Shown: positions 58,950 through 64,000 of the stretch, piece after piece
Layout: every line of letters begins with the position of its first letter
Position numbering within the stretch: the stretch's first letter is position 1
From: Heteronotia binoei
Lineage: Eukaryota
NCBI RefSeq assembly: GCF_032191835.1
Contig: NC_083237.1
Coordinates: forward strand, 56,668,001 to 56,732,000
Length of the DNA: 64,000 nt
Direction of reading: 5' to 3'
The notes under the pieces: model-generated
Database searches by the model: none
What the model was told of the DNA's origin: nothing
What the model saw: only the letters and a program-made list of their open reading frames with translations
Made by a program: the position numbers and the translations under genes

Positions 58950-61900
58950 ATGTCTCTTCGGATCTCTACTGCATCCAGGAGAATTTCTTCCCATGTTGGG
59001 GGTGATGGAGGTGTCAAAATGGCAAGCTTTGGAGGAGGCAGTCTGCACGGCTTTGGTGGGGGATCTCTGGCAGGGCAAGGCTATGGAGGGCTAGGCTACG
59101 CAGGAGGTGCATGTAGTGCCTTCAATGGAGCCGGCTTTGGCAGTGCCTCTGTGGCAGGTGGTGGTGGCGGTGGCTATGGAGCAGGCTACCGTTCTAGTTC
59201 GGTCATGTCTTTGGGGGGTGGTTTTGGAGGGGGTGACAGTGTCTTCCTGGCTGGTGCCGAAAAAGAAACTATGCAGAACCTTAATAACCGCCTAGCAAAC
59301 TATCTGGAAAAGGTGCGTTCTCTGGAAGAGGCCAATACTGAGCTGGAGCGTAAAATTCGTAACTGGTATGAGAAAAATGGACCTGGAGCTCCTGGAGTTA
59401 CCCGTGATTACAGCAAATATCACCATATAATTGAAGATCTTCGGAACCAGGTGAGAAAAAAAGCATTCAGCAGCCTGTCCAGTTCAGGCAGAGAGCATCA
59501 GGAATGTCCACAGTCATCTGGATTTAAATGAACTGAATCTGCACAAGTGATGCAGAGATTGCTTGGAGACAATACTCTGTTGTGTACACAGGACATTAAA
59601 AAATCAACATTGTAGCCTTTGATTGTATGTACTAAGACATACAAAAAAGATTAGTGAAAGATGTATTTCTTTAAGACGCAATGACAGATAATTGTTATCA
59701 AATGTATTATATGGTCAGTTGAGTAAATCCAGCAAGAAGAATTTGTTTTTCAGGGAACTAACAGCCCAAATCTACAACTGAAGAATTAAGTTAATGGATA
59801 TAAACTGACAAGTTCAAGCTGATCCACTTAGCTAGTTTGTTCACTGAATTGCCTGAAGAAGTACAGATCTCATGTAGTTCTCTTCCAAATGATAACATTA
59901 AAAAATATTGATACTGATGTCTTAGTCACATATACTTTATGTTCATATTAATTAAATGAAAGTATTTGAATAATTTTCATCAAATGTATGGATTATAACA
60001 GAATAATTCTAAATTCAAATTCTTCAACTGAAAAACTATAAAATCCAAACTTCCCGCCTTATTTCTTCATAATCTGCACATTTGGGGATTGGGAGAAATT
60101 TAAGATGTTCTTGAAGAAGAATGTTTATTTTTTAAAAAAAATACAATTTTGCTCCGTGCTAGTCTTTTAGCAATTTTTGATAATGTACAACTGCTAATTT
60201 AGAAATGCAAAATTGCCACAAAATTAAAAAGAGCTTTGTTTTCATCTTTCACTTTAGATAGTCAACGTGACAACTGAGAATGCCAATGTAGTCTTACAGA
60301 TCGACAATGCCCGCCTTGCTGCTGATGACTTCAGACTGAAGTAAGCTAAATACAAACTTTTCTGCATTTTAAAATTCTAGTATACTGGTTACTTTAGTCT
60401 TTTCCCCCTTCCTGTAATGTTAGGATGTTAACAAGAATAAGAAACATAAAAACTTAAACCAAAATTCTACTTACAATATTGTATATATAACACTAGGCCA
60501 TAGCCTTTCACATAGAATTTGTTATAACTGACAAAAACTGGCAATTGTTGTCTATATATGGAAATGAATACAGTTTCATTTATCAGACACATACAAAACA
60601 CCCAATATTCTCTCTCTCCCTGTGTGTATACACATATATATGTCCACACACAAAAAAAGTTTGTATGCTTGAGCCAATTCTTGATTAAATGGAATTGTTT
60701 GTAAAAAAAATACCATACGCAACAAGGATGAGTGAGGATTTGAAGCTGTAATTCTCAGGCTCATGTCTAACAAACCCACTACTGGAACTCAATATACAAA
60801 CCACCTACTATAATTATCCTAGAGTTGGAATGGGCCTTGCCAAGGCTTCTGGTTCAATCAATCCCATTTTAAATAATGTAATATACTTTACAGATGCCCA
60901 GTCAATTTTTTTTTTAATATGTTAGGACATTCTGTTTTATTTCTGCACATTATATAGAAAAGGAATTTATCCTTTCATTGATTTTTCAGGACCATTTACC
61001 TCTTAATTTGTAAAGTCTTTGTCTATTCATTTTCCATTTTTACTAACAGTGAATACTAAGCTGTTTTTATACGCTGAATATACGTGTTGCTCTGCTCCTC
61101 ACCTCTTCCAGATTTGAAAACGAGCTCTTCCTTCGCCAAAGTGTTGAAGCAGACATCAATGGCCTGCGTAGAGTTCTTGATGACCTGACCATGAACAGGT
61201 CTGACCTGGAGTCACAGCTTGAAACCCTTTCAGAGGAACTGTCTTACCTTAAGAAGAATCATGAGGAGGTAAAAGAAATTTATGTGTTCCCTTTTGCTAC
61301 TATTACTTTGGTCTTTGGGAACATCCATCTTCAAACCTACCCTCAGCCATGAAGTTTGCTATGTAACTCACTGGGGGCAAGTCAGCCTCAACCACAGGGT
61401 TAATTAACTGATTGTAAAGCCCACACAAACAATCCTGAAGATTTAGGATCAGTAGCAATAATAATAGAAATAAAATCTAATTAGAAAATATAAATATCAG
61501 GGTTTTTAAAACTAAAACCTGCTTAAATAGCAGATCTTAAAGAATTTCTGAATTATGCCCAAATAAGGCTTTTTAAAAGTCTCTGGGGAAGTGATAAGCC
61601 AAGCAAAGCAATTTGAGAGAACTGTTTTGGGGTAGTGATACAGATTACAGTTAAAACATTTCCGTATTCAGTAAGATGAGTTTACATTATAGGTATATAA
61701 CATTATACAAACATGTAATCCACAAAATGCAATAATTGTATAAAATCATAGTAGATTACAAGTAGGATGCAACAGGCTTTTTGCTGGTGAGAAAGGAAAG
61801 AAGAGGCCCTCTGACTATGCAAAAAGACTATGTTTGGCAGGGCTTTTTTCTGGAAAAAAAGAGGTACCAGAACTCACAAGAGGGAAATGAAGGGCACATG

Positions 61901-63503
61901 GGTGCCCCTCATGAGCTTTTGAACATTTTTTGAGAATGTTGTTTCCGCAAAGAGATTCCAGAACTCCACTCCACCATGTTACCCCCGGGGGGGAAAAAGC
62001 CCTTATGTTTGGACTCACGGAGCCTATATGTACAGAAGTCACAAGGGTTGGGAGCCAAAGGAAAAAGGAACATGTGGCAACTAGGCTGAGGGGGGAAAAT
62101 GGCTAGATTTTTTTATTCCCGCATGGATGAAAGCCATGTAGGAGACAGAATATAATAAGGAGAAAAACTGGGTGAACTTGAGCAAAAAAGCTTAATGTAT
62201 CCAACTGTATGGCAAAAGATTACTGGCTAAGTTTAGATAACATCATAAACTAGTTTATTCATTAGCTGACTTTCCTGATAAGTATTCCCTACTACTTGTG
62301 TGGTCCCATATTAAATATAGAAGATAAAAGAAGCTTCAGTTGACACTCCTTCTCCACCCCGACCTGAGTACAGCCCTAAGCAGATCACCATCTTATACTT
62401 TCAACCAATAAAATAAAGCTGGTGTATCTCAATTTCAGATGCGTACTACTGGAATGGGTTCAAGTTTTTGAAATTGTACTATCTGAGATGTCCTTCCTTG
62501 CTTAGAACTATTATGCCTGGTAGCTGTTCTGAAGAGTGAATCAGAGCTGCACAACCTGTGCAGCTAATTTGGAGTAATGAGATACAGATAGTTTTCTCTC
62601 TGTTGTGTTTTGTTCTGGAAACACCTCAACAAGTATAAATTAAAAAATATGGTTAAAGAACAACTGAAAATGCTAATACCTGGCCAAAAGAAACATGGAA
62701 AGAATTAACGCAATGACTTCATTGTCTCGGTTAAGGGTGGTGGTAAATGTATGCATATTCTCCAGACACAGAGAACTCTCAATTTCATATAACTCTCAAC
62801 CCACCCAGTGTGCTCCAGACTCCAGTCAACAAAATTGCTCTCATTATGTCTCTCTGCTCCATATTCAAAATGCCAAAAGACAAAATGACAAGTCCTGCTA
62901 ATGCTATATTTCCAGAGAGAGTTGTGCCAACAGCATGTTTAGGGCAACCTTGAATCTACCCCCATCCCAAATCACAATACCCATGAGCTAGTGCAGTGAG
63001 ACTATCACTATAGTAAACAGGGAAATGTGATTTGCTGAATTTCAGCACTTATGAAAACTAAATGTTGTATAAGAATTATAAATGATGGCGCTATATCTAT
63101 GAGATTAATCAACTTGTGATATGTAATAGAAGAAAGTTTATATACCGATTGCAGGAAAAAGATAGGTCTTGCACTATATATAATGCCTGGATGTGCTTAA
63201 GAGGACAATTACCAAAACTTTGTTAAGAATTTATCATAGATTTTAGGAGACATCCTTCTAAGGGGACAACTGGTGCTGAACTCAAAGCTTATTCTTCAAC
63301 TCAAGAAATAATTCATTGAATACTGTTGTCTTCCTGCCCAGGAAATTAACTTACTGAAGAGCAGCTGTACTGGTGATGTTACTGTGGAAATGAATGCTGC
63401 TCCAGGAATAGATTTGACTAAGCTACTGAATGACATGAGAGCGCAGTATGAAGACCTTGCAGAACAAAATCGCAGAGAGGCTGAAGAACAGTTTAACAAA
63501 ATG
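58950..63503 (+). CDS. KRT24-like: Type I keratin, KRT24-like; partial (exons 1-4, 301 aa; the gene continues past the window end)
   Basis: Exons 58950-59450, 60258-60340, 61112-61268, 63342-63503, with GT-AG introns and in frame. [38 protein letters not shown] and [22 protein letters not shown] match remembered mammalian KRT24. Its position downstream of KRT10-like genes fits KRT24 synteny. Confidence 0.9.
61838..62003. mobile_element. MITE with CAGGGCTTTTTT / AAAAAGCCCT ends, in intron 3 of gene 4
   Basis: TIRs like those of the 48435 and 58007 family but a different interior. Confidence 0.55.
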
Positions 63504-64000
63504 GTAAGAATCACTATGGAGAATAAACTTTGAACCATACACTTTACTTAAAATAACTGCTCTTACAGTGGGTAACTGGAAACACTGGACAAATAAGATA
63601 CCAAATTTCTTTTGCAATGGACAGTGAAACGCATTTATCACATTTACTTCCAAAGACTAAACCCCTGCCTTTGGGGGCCTTTTATTAACCATTTTAATAA
63701 TGAACCGTTTTATGATCATCTTTACAATTCTCTTCTAAGAGAAAGAGGAAACTTACCCCCCCCCATTTTAATGATAAAAAAATTAAACCCTGTGTTTTCA
63801 TTTCAATTAACAATTAATTAACCTGTATTTTGTTATTTGTATCTGTCCATCTCTGAAAATGTGTAGTTTTATAAATTTTAAAATGTAGTTTTATAAATTT
63901 TAAAACAGTAAAATTATACAATTAACAACAGCATATTAATCACATCAATTATTTACAAGTTATCTGAAATAGGTTTCAAGCAAGTTTAGATCTTAATTAT

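Overview
Vertebrate genomic DNA from a squamate reptile; the SINE and MITE repertoire points to a gecko-like lizard, which is inferred from repeat families only. The window covers part of the type I (acidic) keratin cluster. Four tandem + strand genes have canonical 83/157/162/126/218-nt rod exons and GT-AG introns, all checked by hand. Gene 1 (1979-10400, 596 aa) and gene 2 (13050-28867, 522 aa) are KRT10-like paralogs. Gene 3 (35829-49890, 471 aa) is KRT12/KRT24-like. Gene 4 (58950 onward, cut by the window end after exon 4) is KRT24-like. Introns and intergenic DNA are dense with mobile elements: several hAT-type MITE families with 8-bp TSDs, tRNA- and 5S-derived SINEs, CR1, L2 and BovB LINE pieces, and a young solo LTR. 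Best leads: a 401-nt Ser/Arg/Gly-rich tail exon in gene 1 with filaggrin-like composition; a transposon-borne array of palindromic ETS sites plus a 51-bp hairpin about 1 kb upstream of gene 1; a BovB insertion with twin-priming geometry; five copies of one hAT MITE with perfect TSDs, including a tail-to-tail inverted pair, and a second such pair formed with a truncated copy; and a CpG-rich solo LTR upstream of gene 4. No prokaryote-type system, CRISPR array or genuine tRNA/rRNA gene was found. Orthology and repeat-family names come from remembered consensus sequences, not database searches.
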